Shown here: positions 37,001-50,029 of the stretch, piece by piece
How the letters are laid out: the number at the start of each line of letters is the position of its first letter
How positions within the stretch are numbered: the stretch's first letter is position 1
Source of the DNA: Massalongia carnosa
Taxonomy: Eukaryota
Assembly: GCA_965645245.1 (NCBI GenBank)
Contig: OZ287069.1
Location: 248,001-312,000, forward strand
Reading direction: 5' to 3'
Length of the DNA stretch: 64,000 bases
Notes under the pieces: generated by a model
The model's input: only the letters and a program-made list of their open reading frames with translations
The model's database searches: none
Told to the model about the DNA's origin: nothing
Translations under genes and position numbers: made by a program

Positions 37001-39335
37001 GATCAAATTAAGTGCCTCTTTTACTATCCGCGTCGCATCTGATTTCTTTGGATGAGTAAAAACCATATTAAAATCGGTCCAATGGCAGGCGAAATGAGAG
37101 ACCCATTCATCTTTGTTATAGGCAGGGTTCAATAGGATTAAGTCGTATGTGATTCGATGAAAAGGTAGGGCTGCCGTTTCGGCATTTTCCGCTGACCTAG
37201 AGATGATTCGGTGCATTTTTGAAAGTGCGCATGTTTCGCACTCATTGGTTTTGGGAATTGTAGGGGCAGCTGCTGAATCAGCAATCTTCACCCCTCAGCT
37301 GATGCCTGTAAATGCTGAATGGCGTCATTTGACGCATGTGCCAACATCTGATGCCATTGATAGGAAGGTGCAGATTTGGCATTTTCTTTCTCTTTAGCTG
37401 CAGCGGAATTTTGCCCTGTTGCAAATGACTGATTGAACACCCCCTCAGTGTTGTCTTCCAGTAAGAAGTGCCCATTTAGTGGTTTAACCCATGCGACAGT
37501 CTTTCCTTCCCTATGCAGGTGCATTTTCCAATCGTTAAAGTGTACCCCTTTTACATTGAATAAATGCTGAGCGACGACATTTGTCATGAATCTAGGGACG
37601 TAGGCGACGTCGACTAATGTAATTATCCATGGTCCAGATGGGGCAGGAATGTTGATTCTGATGGTTCCGTAGAATTCAATTTTTAGGTAGTTGGCACCGG
37701 CTGCCAAATAGTCATCTTTTGATGCATCTCGCGTCTTCACTATACGCGATTTCATGGTCTCATTGCAAATATGCCGATTGGATCCATTATCTAGAATCCA
37801 TGACCCCTTGATGACTAAGCTGTTTGCCGCTGAAAAGGAAGTGCTGCAAAAAGCTGCAAAGGTGGCATTTCCACCCTCCGGTATCGTGTTATTTTTCTGC
37901 CCTTTCTGATCCTGATTCTTTTGCCCCTGATTATTCTGACTAGTCCTAGCTTTTTCTTTGCAGGTTTGTATGGATTTTTCCACCTTCTCCCGGAATGCCT
38001 TATCCTTCATAGCGTCATCGATTCGGGATTGGATTTCGGGACTCGTTTTGAAATTGTGCGGTCGGCGGGGATGGTCAGGCACTAGGTGCCAGCAATGACC
38101 GAGGGCATGGTCTTTGCCGCAAATGCAAGGTGGTCTAGCCGGTCGCTGACCATTGAATGTAGGTCCCTGATTAGATGAGGAAGACTGGTTGGAATTAGCA
38201 GAAAAGGCGGAATGGGACTCCCCTTTTCAGCTTTTTGATACCGGACGAATTGTCGGAATTCTTCCAGCAATTTATAGAAGTCTATGGCCGGCTCCCTATT
38301 TAGATTGATCAGCATGGTATCGGCAAAGTTAGTCTCCTTTTCCCGAATGGCCATGAGAAAGTGTCGATGAGCTCGTTGCCCCTCTGCCTCAAAAAGCTTA
38401 TTATTGATGGCGTCAGTGTATGTCCTCTGCCACTGCTCGGTGTATGTCTCCAAATTTTGATTTCCTGGTCCCTTTTTGAGCTTCTCGTATTTGGTCTCAA
38501 TGTCCCGAATTTGGGCGGCATCAGATGGAGCAATTCTTTGCTTCAGTGCCGTCAGTATTTTCCATGGATGTCCTCTTATTTGGTTTATGTCTTCCAAATA
38601 AACGCCGTATTCGGTCGACAGACTTTCTAGAATGTTGGATGTCAGCTCAGTTAGTGCTGCTTTTCGAACTTTGTATTCGTCCAATTTTAATCTGTATAGC
38701 TGAGTTTTCAGTTGAAGCATTTGATACTTTCCTGCCTCAACTTCATCATCATCATTTTCCGAGATTGGAAAATTTGGTATCTCTGGCCGTTTTAACGACT
38801 CCTTAAATGGCTCATTCGGGTTAACCTCATCCCAAATTTCTAGACTTTCTGCCTTTATTTAGATGAAGGAAAACCATGTTCTCCAGTCTGCCGATTTTGC
38901 CAAGACGATTTTTCTGGGCGATGCCGACATTGCTAATATTGTATTTCGAAAAAGGGCTGATTTCGAAAAATGCTGAAGGTGCCAAGTGATGGCTTCTGAA
39001 TAAGTGCCAAAAGGTGGCTTTTTTAAAGATTCAAGAAGTGGTCAAGACGATGGAAGCGAGAATCCGGGCTCATAACTCTGAGGCTTTTTGCCCTGATGAT
39101 CAGTTGAGATGATTTACGTCTTGACCAGATGAGGTGAAATGAATGGCATTGATCTATAGATGATTTTCTAGCTAGGTATGCCGCCAGGGGATAGATCAAG
39201 AGATGTCTCCGAAGGAAGAAAGAATGTGGGGGATGAAGAATTTTTACCTGTGCCGCGGTGGCAATGTCATGTGACGGGCATGTGACGGGCCCGTTGACCA
39301 ATGTTGGTTAATGCCATTATAGCTGACATTTGACA
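34029..39335 (-). mobile_element. Ty1/Copia LTR retrotransposon 1 (gag-pol in at least six ORF pieces)
   Basis: 259-bp LTRs 34029-34287 and 39077-39335 with 2 mismatches, TSD GCTAT, PBS GTTATGAGCCC, PPT AAGGGGGTG. Motifs WILDNGS, CETC, FRTDGE, YKARLVARG, FFVDD, SDASFAD, EAEL, ADGLTKAL. Confidence 0.96.
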
Positions 39336-39922
39336 GCTATATTCAAGAGTTCAGAAATCGTGTCCTGCAACTGGGTGTCAGGAGTGGAGCCAGGCAAAAA
39401 GTACTTAATCATTTGCAGCTACACCACCCATCCTCTAACCAGCAGGCGAGAAATTATTAGTGTATGGGCGGGATGGCCAAAGCATCCTTAAGGGTGGAGG
39501 AGCCATTTCCCAGTGTCGGATTTTCTCTTAACTTTAGGAGTTAGGCTTCATCAGTCGCTGCTGCCACCACTTCTGCTGCTGTTGTTTCGCAGATACGCTG
39601 TTCCAAACTTCTTCCCCTTCGAGCAAACATGGAAAAGACGGAATTAACCATTGACACTACCTCAGCCATCCAAGAGGAGGTACATTCGTCAGAGCCACTA
39701 CATGAAGCAAAGAGTTCATCGAAGATCTTAGGCTTCACCCATACTCATAAGACACTTCTCTGTTAGGCAGACACCCATGGCCCAAATGGTCAGCTGCTGG
39801 CTGATGCTGACATTCAAAAAGTCTTCACTTTTGGGGGGGCTTTGTGTTGAAGTGAATTGTTGATCACTATAGTGCATGTACGAATATTTAGAAGGAATAG
39901 TTTTGATTAATTCTATCGTGGG

Positions 39923-42361
39923 TAGGGCTAGGAAAAATACGTCAGTTAGGCCAACTGACACGTATTATACGTCACGTGCAGACTTGGACCCTGTCTTTTT
40001 GGTATAATATTACTTAAGCATGTCAAATTTATCTTTCTCATAGATCAATACCTGAAATTACTAGACATTTCTACCTAATTTGAGGTACCTTCCTATTATC
40101 TCTATACATACATTGATCATGTCTCGACAATCAGGACATTCTGGCGGTCGACCGAAAAATGCATTGGTAGATGAGAATTTTGTTGATGTCATCATTGAAG
40201 GCATGAAATACCCTCAGCATCGTTGTACGCATTGCGGATATCAGTCTGCCAAAGTTGCTACCAGGGGTCAGCAGCATTTGCAGACATGCAATGCCTTTCA
40301 AGAAGTGCATGAAAGAAGACAGCAAGAGACGTCTTCTAGGAGCAGCAAATCTTTGATTCAATTGCCCATCACCCCTTTGATTCGTCCCTTAAATCAAGCC
40401 CAAGTTGCGCATGCTCATCGCGCTGCTGCAATGTCCGTCTTTATGACCAATCTTCCGTTTAACCACTTCGAAAATCCCTATGTGATTGCTCATCATCAAG
40501 CACTGCATCCTGGATATAAACCTCCACATCATAAGCTCGTTGGCGGGAAATTATTGGACGACGCCTATGAGACGGTTAAACTGAAAGTAAATCAGCAGTT
40601 AGATGCCTGCAGTTATCTCAACTTCTTTACCGACGAAACGGCCAACATTAAGAAGGAACGGGTTATTAATCTCTGTTGTCATGTCCCTTCATCAGCTACC
40701 TCTCGAGGGGGGGGCTTTCATTTAAAAGCAATGGCCGGCATCGCTGAGACGATGACTGCAGCTGTTCAAGCTGAGTGGATGATAAAAGGCTGTAGAGAAG
40801 CGACCAATAATCAGCTCTGGAGAGTCAATTGTATAGGAACAGATACTTGCTCTACTATGAAGGCCATGTGGTCTGAAATTCGAAAGTTTCCTGAGATGAG
40901 ACACGTCTTTTTCGTTCCTTGCGACAGTCACGGTTTACAGCTTCTTTTGGGAGACATTTTAAAGCTTCCTTTTTTTGCAGACATCATGCAAAAAGCTCTG
41001 TCGATAGTGATAGCTTTTCGTGGATCGAATAAAGAATTGGCCGTTCTATGGAATTTTCAGATGAAGGTAAGTAGGAATGAAATTTCAATGCGGCATCAAA
41101 ACGTCATTGCTAATTTATAACTTTCAAAGGCATACAATCAACGTCAATCACTGATTCTCAACGTTTTGACCAGATGGGGTACGACTGTAGGCCTTTTGAA
41201 CTCGGTGCTAAAAAGCAAGCAGGCAATTTTGGATTATTTTCAGCAAAATGTTCCGGGCATTGAGCAGGGCAGAAGTCATCCTTTAGGAACATTCGTCAAC
41301 GACTTCTCGTTTTGGAAAAAGCTGGCCATCGTACAGAAAATTCTTGATCCCATATATAAAGCACAATACATGTCCGAGGCCGAGGGGCATAAACTGTACG
41401 CGGTGACTGCCAATTGGAACAGGCTTCGATCTCACCTATATACAATGGCCAAAGAGGATGAAGATTCTGAGATGGATTTGCATCACATTGCAGAGATAGT
41501 TTGGGAAGATCGATATCTCAGTCAAATAACTGAACTTCATGTGGTAGCAGCTCTGTTGGTTCCTCAGAATCATAACATTCAGGTGATTGGAGTATCCACG
41601 TCGCAGGCATTTTTCTCTATCATGCATAGATTCTTTGCTGAATATCTGAACGTTGAAGAAGCAAAGTCGGCAATGAAGCAATGGCTTTCTTTTCGAAATC
41701 AAGAAGACGGTTTTTATCCTGCCTCCGAATGCTGGACATATCAAACGGATTCGGAGCTGTTTTGGAACTTTTCCAGAAGCTTTGCTTTTGATCTCAGCAA
41801 CATAGCTAGAAAGGTAATAATGCTGCCTGCTAATTCTGTGCTGGCAGAAAGAAATTGGTCGGTCATGAATTTGATCATGACCAAAAGTCGGAACTCTCTA
41901 CATTCCATCAATGTCGATAAACTCATGTTTATTTACATGAATGAGCGTACTCTTAATCGGCCAACAGATTTCAAAAGCAAGCTTCAGTTTGCTGGCATCG
42001 ACATCAATGAGACGGATCTTTGTGAGATGGAGGATAGACTACTGCAAGAAGAGATCTCTTTATCTGATACGTCCATGTCATCATCGAAAAGACCGGCGAG
42101 TCAAACGATATTTGGTGATGCGACGAGAGCTTGGATAAACAGCTAGCTAGTAGAGTAGGAGATACATAAAATTGTACGCAAATTGCTAACAAAATAAAGT
42201 ATCTTTTCCCCACTTTCTATCTTCCCGCTTCTTCTGCCCCCCCCCCCCCCCTCCCCCCCTGTAGCTAATCCCTGTGTCTGTCAGTTGGGCCAACTGACAC
42301 ATATTAAACACTTCCCGATCGGGTTAGTCAATAAACATGTTTAATACATATCCTAGCCCTA
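39923..42361 (+). mobile_element. hAT DNA transposon, apparently intact
   Basis: 11-bp TIR TAGGGCTAGGA, 8-bp TSD ATCGTGGG, subterminal palindromes GTCAGTT(A/G)GGCCAACTGAC at both ends. Confidence 0.96.
40119..42146 (+). CDS. hAT transposase, 654 aa, one intron (41067-41129)
   Basis: BED-like CTHC..H..C, FTDE, GTD, CDSHGLQL, TRW, SVLAERNWS and hATC-like tail. GTAAGT...GCTAAT...AAG intron joins the two ORFs in frame with no stop. Confidence 0.9.
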
Positions 42362-42534
42362 ATCGTGGGTGCTTTTGAGCACCCACATCGGCTAAACTAC
42401 CCTAGGCCCATTCCGGCCAAGCAGTCACCAACTGCCTGACACTTGTCCGTTAGGCTAATGTTTAGCGTAACATCAACACTCCCACTCAGGCATGGTGTCT
42501 GCCTTGGTTGATGCTATTCAGAAATTGCCCTGCC

Positions 42535-45500
42535 CTACCTCATGCCCATCATGGCCCTAAAGGCCTTGAACCTTGCTGGTGGTAGCGGCTTTGTCATCCC
42601 ATCTGCTATCATTTCATTCGTTGAAATGTATGTGATGATTATCTTTCGGTCTAGTACAACTTCCCTTATCCAATGATGTCGTACGTCAATATGCTTTGTT
42701 CGTTTATGGAACTCTGGGTTAGCGGTAAGGTCAATCGCCACCTTGTTGTCTGCTCGGAGGTCTGCTAGTTGGTCAGGTCGTCTGTGCCCGAGGGCCTCGA
42801 GGAAGCGAGAGCACCATAAGGCCTCCTTCCCTGCTTCAGTGATCGCCATATACTCAGCTTCGCATGAAGACAGAGCGACGGTCGGTTGTTGTTTTGATTG
42901 GTGAGAAATTGGACAGCCCGAAAGCATCCAAACGTACCCACCGGTCGACTTTCTTCCATCTACGGTCCCCGCCCAATCAGAGTCAGTGTATCCGATTAGT
43001 TCATCCAGAGAGGCAGCCGAAAATGTCAGTCCTATGGTCAGTGTCCCTGCTAAATAGCGGAAAATTTGTTTGACTAGCTGTATGTGGGTAGGTCCGGGGT
43101 TGCTGCAATAGCGGCTGAGGACTCCCACAGAATAAGAGATGTCGGGTCGGGTGTGGACTGCTGGCCACATCAGTGACCCAATTGCTGACTGATACCAGGC
43201 CACAGTGGCTTTGTCCGCCACCTGTTTTGAGGGTAGAAGGGAGCTTGCTACTCCCGGATCCATTGGTATGGAGGATTGCTTGCAGTCGGTCATTCCGAAA
43301 CGGTCCAGAACCTTTTTGAGGTAGGTTGATTGACGAAGGATTATTGTTTTTCCAACGTCAACGTCAATTTCCATTCCTAAATAGTGAGAGACGTCACCCA
43401 GGTTCGTCATTTTGAACCGATCAGATAGTTGTTTTTGTATGAACTCGAGGCGGGGTATGTCTGCCCCAAAGAGTAGTAGGTCGTCCACATATATCGCTAT
43501 GAATTGCTTCTTGTCATCAGAAACAAACACTCCATGATCAAGTTCCAAGCGATGAAATCCTAGTTTCTTCAGGAAATCAACAAGGGTCTGGTACCACACT
43601 TGTGGTGATTGTTTCAGTCCATAAAGTGCTTTGATCAGCTTACAAACTAGGTGCGGTGTCGGGTTGAATAAATGAGGTTGTTCGACAAATATCAGTTCAT
43701 CCAGATATCCATAGAGAAAAGCGGTCACAACATCCATATGACGAATGGTAAATCCACGTTTAACTCCAACACCCATCATGGCCTTATATGACATGGGCTT
43801 GACCACTGCAGTGAAGGTGTCGATGTAGTCTAGACCTTCTTCCTGCTTGTAGCCATGAACCACCCATCGTGCTTTGTATTTTAGTATGTTTCCATGTCGA
43901 TCCTTTTTCAGTTTGAACACCCACCGTCCGGTGATTACCCGTCGGTCTTTTGGTGCTTCGGTCAACTCCCACGTGCCATTTTCGGTATGAGATTCAATTT
44001 TGGTCTTCATGGCCTCCATCCATTTGGGCCAATCAGGCCTAGCCATAGCCTCTTTGAGCGAGAGGGGTTCGTCTGGCCCTTCATTATCAATGTTGTTTGC
44101 AAGCATGGTTAGTGCCTTCATCATATGTATGTGGGATTTTGCCACGTTTGTGCTAGTGAAGTTAGTTCGTTTTGGTAGCCTACCTGGTCCATAAAAAATT
44201 TCATCAGGATATTGTGTTCGTTTGACTGGTGCCCGCTTGGACCTTCTCAATGGAACATGGTCAGAGGTGGAAGAATTGTGGCCTTCCGAGGCCTCGGGGG
44301 TCTCGGTGTCGGTGGCCTCGGCCTCGTGGTTGGTGGCCTTGGGGTCGTGGGTCAGACTATCATAGGGACTATCATAATTTCCCCCTCCATAATTTTCTTC
44401 GACATTTCTCCCTTCTGGCCTTGTTTGTTGTGAATCTCCCACTGAATTTTGGTGTGAATGTTCCGTGTTTGGAGGAGAATCGGGGGGTGTAGGTAGGTGA
44501 GGTTTATTTGACCGAGGGGTGTAATAGTCCTCGGGTTTGTTATTTCCCTCGTCGTCAAAATCGTCTGGATTTCCGAACTGATCATCGTCTGTTTGTGCCC
44601 ATTCGTCATGAACAAGCTCGTTTGATTTGTAGGCTTTCCGGTCAAATAGGTTCTTTTCATCAATAGTTACGTCTCTAGTAACATGAACTTTGTCTGTGCA
44701 GGGGTCATATATCCGGTACTGATTGGTGCCTTCATAGCCCACATGGATGCCCTGCCAGGACCGTTCGTCTAGCTTCTTTCGCTTTTCCTTGGGAATATGA
44801 ACCCAAGCACGTGCACCCAACACTCTTAGATGACCGAGGTTAGGCTTTTTGTTGTTTAGTTTCTCATATGGTGTCACCCCGTCCGTGTTAGGACTTCTGT
44901 TCTTCAGATAACACACTGCTTTGATGAGTTCAGGCCATAGGCCCTTCGGTAATTTCATTGCTGATAAGATGGACCGGACTGAACTCATCAGAGTATAATT
45001 CAATCGCTCGGCTTTTCCATTTTGTTCGGGTGTGTATGGGGCACTGCATTTCCATCTGATGTGTTGTTTCTTAAGATAGTCCTGAAAGGCTTCATTGTCA
45101 TATTCACCTCCCCCATCCGAATGGAGTGCTCCCATCTGCATGCCAGTTTCCTGAGACGTCCATTCGATATATTCCTTTGCCTTCTCAAAGGCCTGGCTCT
45201 TTAGCTTCATTGGATAAACATGGTACGTTCCAGTGGCATCATCTTTGAAAGATATGTAGTATTGTAACCCGTTTCTGGAGGCCGGGTATGGGCCTCCCAA
45301 ATCACTATGGACCTCTTCCAGGAATTTTGAAGCTCGGGGCATGGGAGTTCGTGACGGCTTACGTTGCTGTCTACCCTTCATGCATGGCCCACAAATTTCC
45401 TCTGGGACCGGCCCTTTCACCTTAATTCCTTCAGCTATTTTCGGAAGTTTTAGGATGTTTCGATAACCAAGGTGGCCCATTCTTTGATGCCAAATTTCAA

Positions 45501-46995
45501 TGGTTGGTTTGATTGCATTCACTACTGGTTTAGTGTTTGCGAAGTTCGTCTGCATAATCTCCGGGTTTTTAATTCGAAGAACATATTGTCGATTGATAAC
45601 GTCAGCTAGTCCGTGGATTTTGTTCTCATGAATTAATTGGGTAGGAACATCCGTACGTCTCAGGAACACCTCAACACCTTTCATTGCAAGGGGAACGGTG
45701 CTCAGTAAGTTGTGGCCTAGGGCAGATGCCCAGCTTACATCTTTTACTTTCAGGACATTTATTGATCCGTCTTCCTGGACCATGTTTAGGACTACGTCAC
45801 CATACCCGAAGGCAGGAAGAACTTGCCCCGAGCCCGTTTGGAACTCATGGTAGTACTCAGTGTAGGTGGTAAAAAAGCCTCGGTTTGAGAAGAAATGGTC
45901 GGTGGCCCCAGAGTCTATGATTACGTAGGGGTTTGGTTTTGAATGACTGCGGCCACTGACTTACACGTCAAATGAATGGCCCCCATTCCTTTCTTCTCTT
46001 CGACCTCATTGGTCGGTGTGATCGGTATGATCTTTCTGATAAAGCAAGATAGCCCTTTGGTGGTTGCCTCTGGGGTGGTCGCCTCACTTTCCTGGTTCGT
46101 CTTGTTCTTTTTACAGAACTTCTTGATGTGGCCACGTTTACCACACCCATTACACTCCGCTTTGTCCATCCAGCAATCACCTTTTCCATGCGTTTTCTTG
46201 CACCTGGTGCAGACATATGTGTCTTTGCTGTCGGAAGTGTTATTGGAGTTGGAGTTGGAGTTCTCCCCCGGCTTTTTCTTTTTACCGGAGTCCCCACCTT
46301 TCTTTCCTTTCTGCGTGTAGTTCGCGGTTGCTTTGTCCTGATTGGCTAGTCGTAACTCTTCATCCTCCAAGGCCTTTGCTAGGACCTCGAGTGTTAGAAG
46401 TTCTGCTTTCTCCCTCGACTCATGGCTGAGGATGGCCAGGTAGGACTTGAACTGAGTGTCTAATGAATTTAGGGTATGAATTATGACCGCCTCGTCCATG
46501 GTTATTTTTAGGTCACTTATTTCAGAATTAATGTCCCTAATTTTACTGATGAACTCGGCCACGTTCTTGCAGTCCCGTTGGTGGATGGAGTGCAACTTTC
46601 CGAGTGTATTCCATTTTGATGCCCAATTTTGTAACGTGTATCGCGATTGTAGGTGGTCCCATAGCTCTTTTGGAGTCCATCTAGCGAGTGTGTTTTTGGA
46701 TAGGAATTCTTTCTGGACGGTCTCGGTGCACATTCGCCCAATTTTCGCTACCGTACGGCGCGAGTCATCATTGAAGTCTTTGATCTTCAGGGACCTTTGG
46801 TAAATTCTTTCGGCCCTTTCTTCATCATCATTTGTGGTCGCTACCAATGTTGGAGGTGGAATAGCCCGTTCCTAGAACATGGTCCCATAGCTTAGCTTCC
46901 TCCAACGCAAAAGACATGTCGCGAGTCCATTGCTTGTAATTGGTTGAAGCAGTCAGCTTTTTAAAGCTATAATCATACTTTACATCAGATCCCAT
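42535..46995 (-). pseudogene. Copia 2 gag-pol; integrase-RT-RNase H part (42535-45783) open, frameshifts near 46860 and 45921
   Basis: CNGCGKRGHIKKFC, IIDSGAT, WHQRMGH..CGPC, HSDGGGEY, QNGKAER, YKARWVV, IYVDD, YTDSDWAG, ADGMTKPL. Confidence 0.92.
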
Positions 46996-49900
46996 GGCTG
47001 CGGTACTGAAATATGATTGGTTCGGTCGGGTCTGGTCGATCTGGTGCGTCTGCACCGTTTGGTGGGGGGTCGAAGCAAAAGTTGACTGGCTGGTCGACTA
47101 TTTGCTTGTTTGGGGTCGCAGGAACGCTGACTGGTTGGTCAGTTACCTGATTAGAATATATTCGTAGTGACTATGTAATTGTAATGCAGGTACGCATCCG
47201 GGTTCTCATAACCTGTTGAAGTGAATTGTTGATCACTATAGTGCATGTACGAATATTTAGAAGGAATAGTTTTGATTAATTCTATCGTGGGTGCTTTTGA
47301 GCACCCACATCGGCTAAACTACCCTAGGCCCATCCCGGCCAAGCAGTCACCAACTGCCTGACACTTGTCCGTTAGGCTAACATCAACACTTTGTTCGCTT
47401 TCTGCATCTCAAGACTGCCTCTGCTAGATGTGGATGGTTTCTACAAGAAACACGGCGGAAAAGGAGAGTATTTCTTCGTGCGAAGAGACTTCTACAAGGG
47501 TTATCACTCCCACTGTCTTTTTATTTCTTAAGGCAGGATAGCTGACTTCTGAGCCCACAGCTGGTTTTATCGTCCACTTGATAGGCATCCTTTGTAATTG
47601 TAGCGCTATTTAAGCATCCTTTGCTATGCTACTAATCGTACACAGTTGCAAACCTTTTAGCAGTGTTTCAATTCGTTCCAAAGATACGACATGTGTGTGG
47701 AATATTGGCCGATGCTTTCATAGCTGTACTAACCTCTCATGCTTACAGAGATTCCTGATTCTCCATCGAGTAAACGGATACTTTATCTTTCTACTATTTC
47801 TTCTCGGTGCCGTTGGAGGCCTAATCATTACAACCCATGCATATGGAGGACATATTGATACTCAAACTGCGGCTGGCGCTTTGGCAGTTCTTGTCCTAGT
47901 GGCTTTTGGAATCGCATGGGTGAATATCAAGCGGCTCCAGATTGACCAGCACCGCAAGTGGATGCTTCGTGCTATAAACCTCATGGCAAGCATCGTGACT
48001 TCCAGAATAATCCTAGCTATAGCTACAGCCATTATCGCTCATATCGGTTCATTTGCAGAGCTGAGCAGAATTTGGATTTTCAACTGAAAGCCACATGTTT
48101 TCTGACTTGTTCGCAAGTCCTGGGATTGCACACAGCTTAGATTTACGGTGAATGATGTTGCTCGGTTCCATAGAGCCTATCCTTCTTGCGCAACCCAGAG
48201 CCATGTGGTAGTCATCGCTGGCACGGCAGCAGTTGAAAACAAAGCAAGTGCTGCTAGAGCCGTATTCGTTATGTCTCTCTGGCTCGCTGTTGCAGTTCAT
48301 ATAATCCTGATGGAGTTCTTTGTGAGTATTCCGGTCTGAAAATCAGTCGTCATTGTTGTCTCACGCTTTTTCCCTTTCTAATATGGAAACCAGATCCATT
48401 TCACCCCAAGTGAATCGGAGCGCCTTCGACAGATTTCCTATGAGAAGCAACTGAAGCGAGGGTTCCAGAATCCAGGCAGCTCGGGGATCACGTCTGACCT
48501 ATTTTCTTCTGAAAAGTGGATGGCTGGTAGAGTTCATGAGGCCTAGCTGGCTCAGCGGCTTTCATACCTAGTACAGAGTTCTTGCCATGGTTAAACAGGC
48601 TCTTTCATTTATCCAATTTCTATCGATTGCAACAACAGGAGTTTTCGGGTCGTTAATGCTTCCTAGGCAGTAAGTTGAATGATTTTCATGCTGTTGGCGA
48701 AAGGAGCATGGTGTATTGGGCAAGGGAGACTTGATGAAGTAGAAATAGCACATGAAATAGTGGATTTGTACTTTCCTCGGTCATCAGTAAACCTTACTTT
48801 CAAATACTGAGTGTTAAACTGCTCTCGCTTCATACCATCGAGTCTGGTAAATAGTCCGTCCACCGACGACTTGTTGCTTACAATGTTAAGATATTACCTC
48901 TACAGCTATGCAAGCTATGTTCAAACCTAACTATTCTCCTCATCTCGCAACGCTCTCATCCTCTTCGGATCTTGAGCCATGCTTTTATTAGCACGTAAGT
49001 ACCATGGCAGACGTTCAATAAATCTCCAGAAACGGAGTAGGGGATTCAAGCAGAACCCGGATTTTGAAGACCAGTCAGGAGGTTATTCGGGGCCCAAAAC
49101 GCGGTTTCCAAGCCTTGAAGGAGGGCAATAGGGGCCAAGCTCCCTAATTTGAGACACATGAGTGGAGAAGCTCCAGCGAAGTCTACCTGAGCTTAGTTCT
49201 TATGCTTGATGTTCGGACAAGAATCTGTGTTCAAATCAGTTTGCAGCGCTACAACCCTCCATGTCTTCGATACTAAGGGCAAGCCATGCCAAATCACCAA
49301 AAACCATGGGCGATTTCATTTTTGTTCAATAAGCTTTCCGACCAACCTAACTCTCTATGAGTCCAATCAGATGCTGGGAATGCTCGCACCCTAATACACG
49401 TAGCAGGCGACAGCGAGGCATCAGAATAATTAACGAGCTGTCTTACGCTTATTGAATGTGTAGATAAAATACAAGAGAAATCTTGATAAGTGCTAACGAG
49501 CAGCATATACGGAGTACTCGTAAAAAGCTCCTAAGTGCTTGTGCTCATCATTCAGGCGCAATTCTAGAAAGTGTGGAGCACGGGGGTGAAAAATATGAAC
49601 AGGACAAAACAGGTTTTCTTTAAAATATTCCAATGCATACGAATACCTGTAGACAAGCATATTTTGGAGGCTCAATTTATTATGACAAGGCTTAAAGAGA
49701 TACGAGTAGAGGTTGCATACCTTAGGTACGTACTCCGTAGTCGTAAAGTATGCAGAGTACACGCATGCCAGATCTCATGTGGTATGACGTACAGAAGTAA
49801 ATGACGCAACCCACCGGAACCGACATCCTCAAGTCGAATTTACCCCGCAGGACGTCAGTAAACAAAAACCCCTCGTGCCCCTCATTCCTCTCACTTCTTC

Positions 49901-50029
49901 TTTCTTCAAAAAACATCCACTTCCAATTCTCATACCACATCCTACAACCTTCAACCAACATAAGGAGCCTGTTAAACACTACCTACATACCACTCAACTA
50001 TCCAAGTTCATTCAACTCAGCAGCTCGCA

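Larger units (their letters stand above)
39845..47388 (-). mobile_element. Ty1/Copia LTR retrotransposon 2, with a hAT inserted in its 3' LTR
   Basis: LTR 47214-47388 and split LTR 39845-39922 + 42370-42478 (TGTTGA...TCAACA); TSD CTTTG; PBS GGTTATGAG; PPT GAGTGGGAG. Confidence 0.96.
39629..48546 (+). pseudogene. DUF2306-like fungal membrane protein gene interrupted in exon 2 by Copia 2
   Basis: ATG 39629 (MEKTEL...KILGFTH), intron, then FTFGGAL|FAFCISRLP rejoined after removing 39845-47388. Downstream LHRVNGY, IKRLQIDQHRKWMLRA, WLAVAVH, ESERLRQISYEKQ..G..NPGS.G. Confidence 0.8.

Noticed and set aside
1..47388. Starship giant transposon
   Set aside because: Cargo-like genes are present, but no DUF3435 captain or boundary is visible in the window. 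It cannot be called from this sequence.
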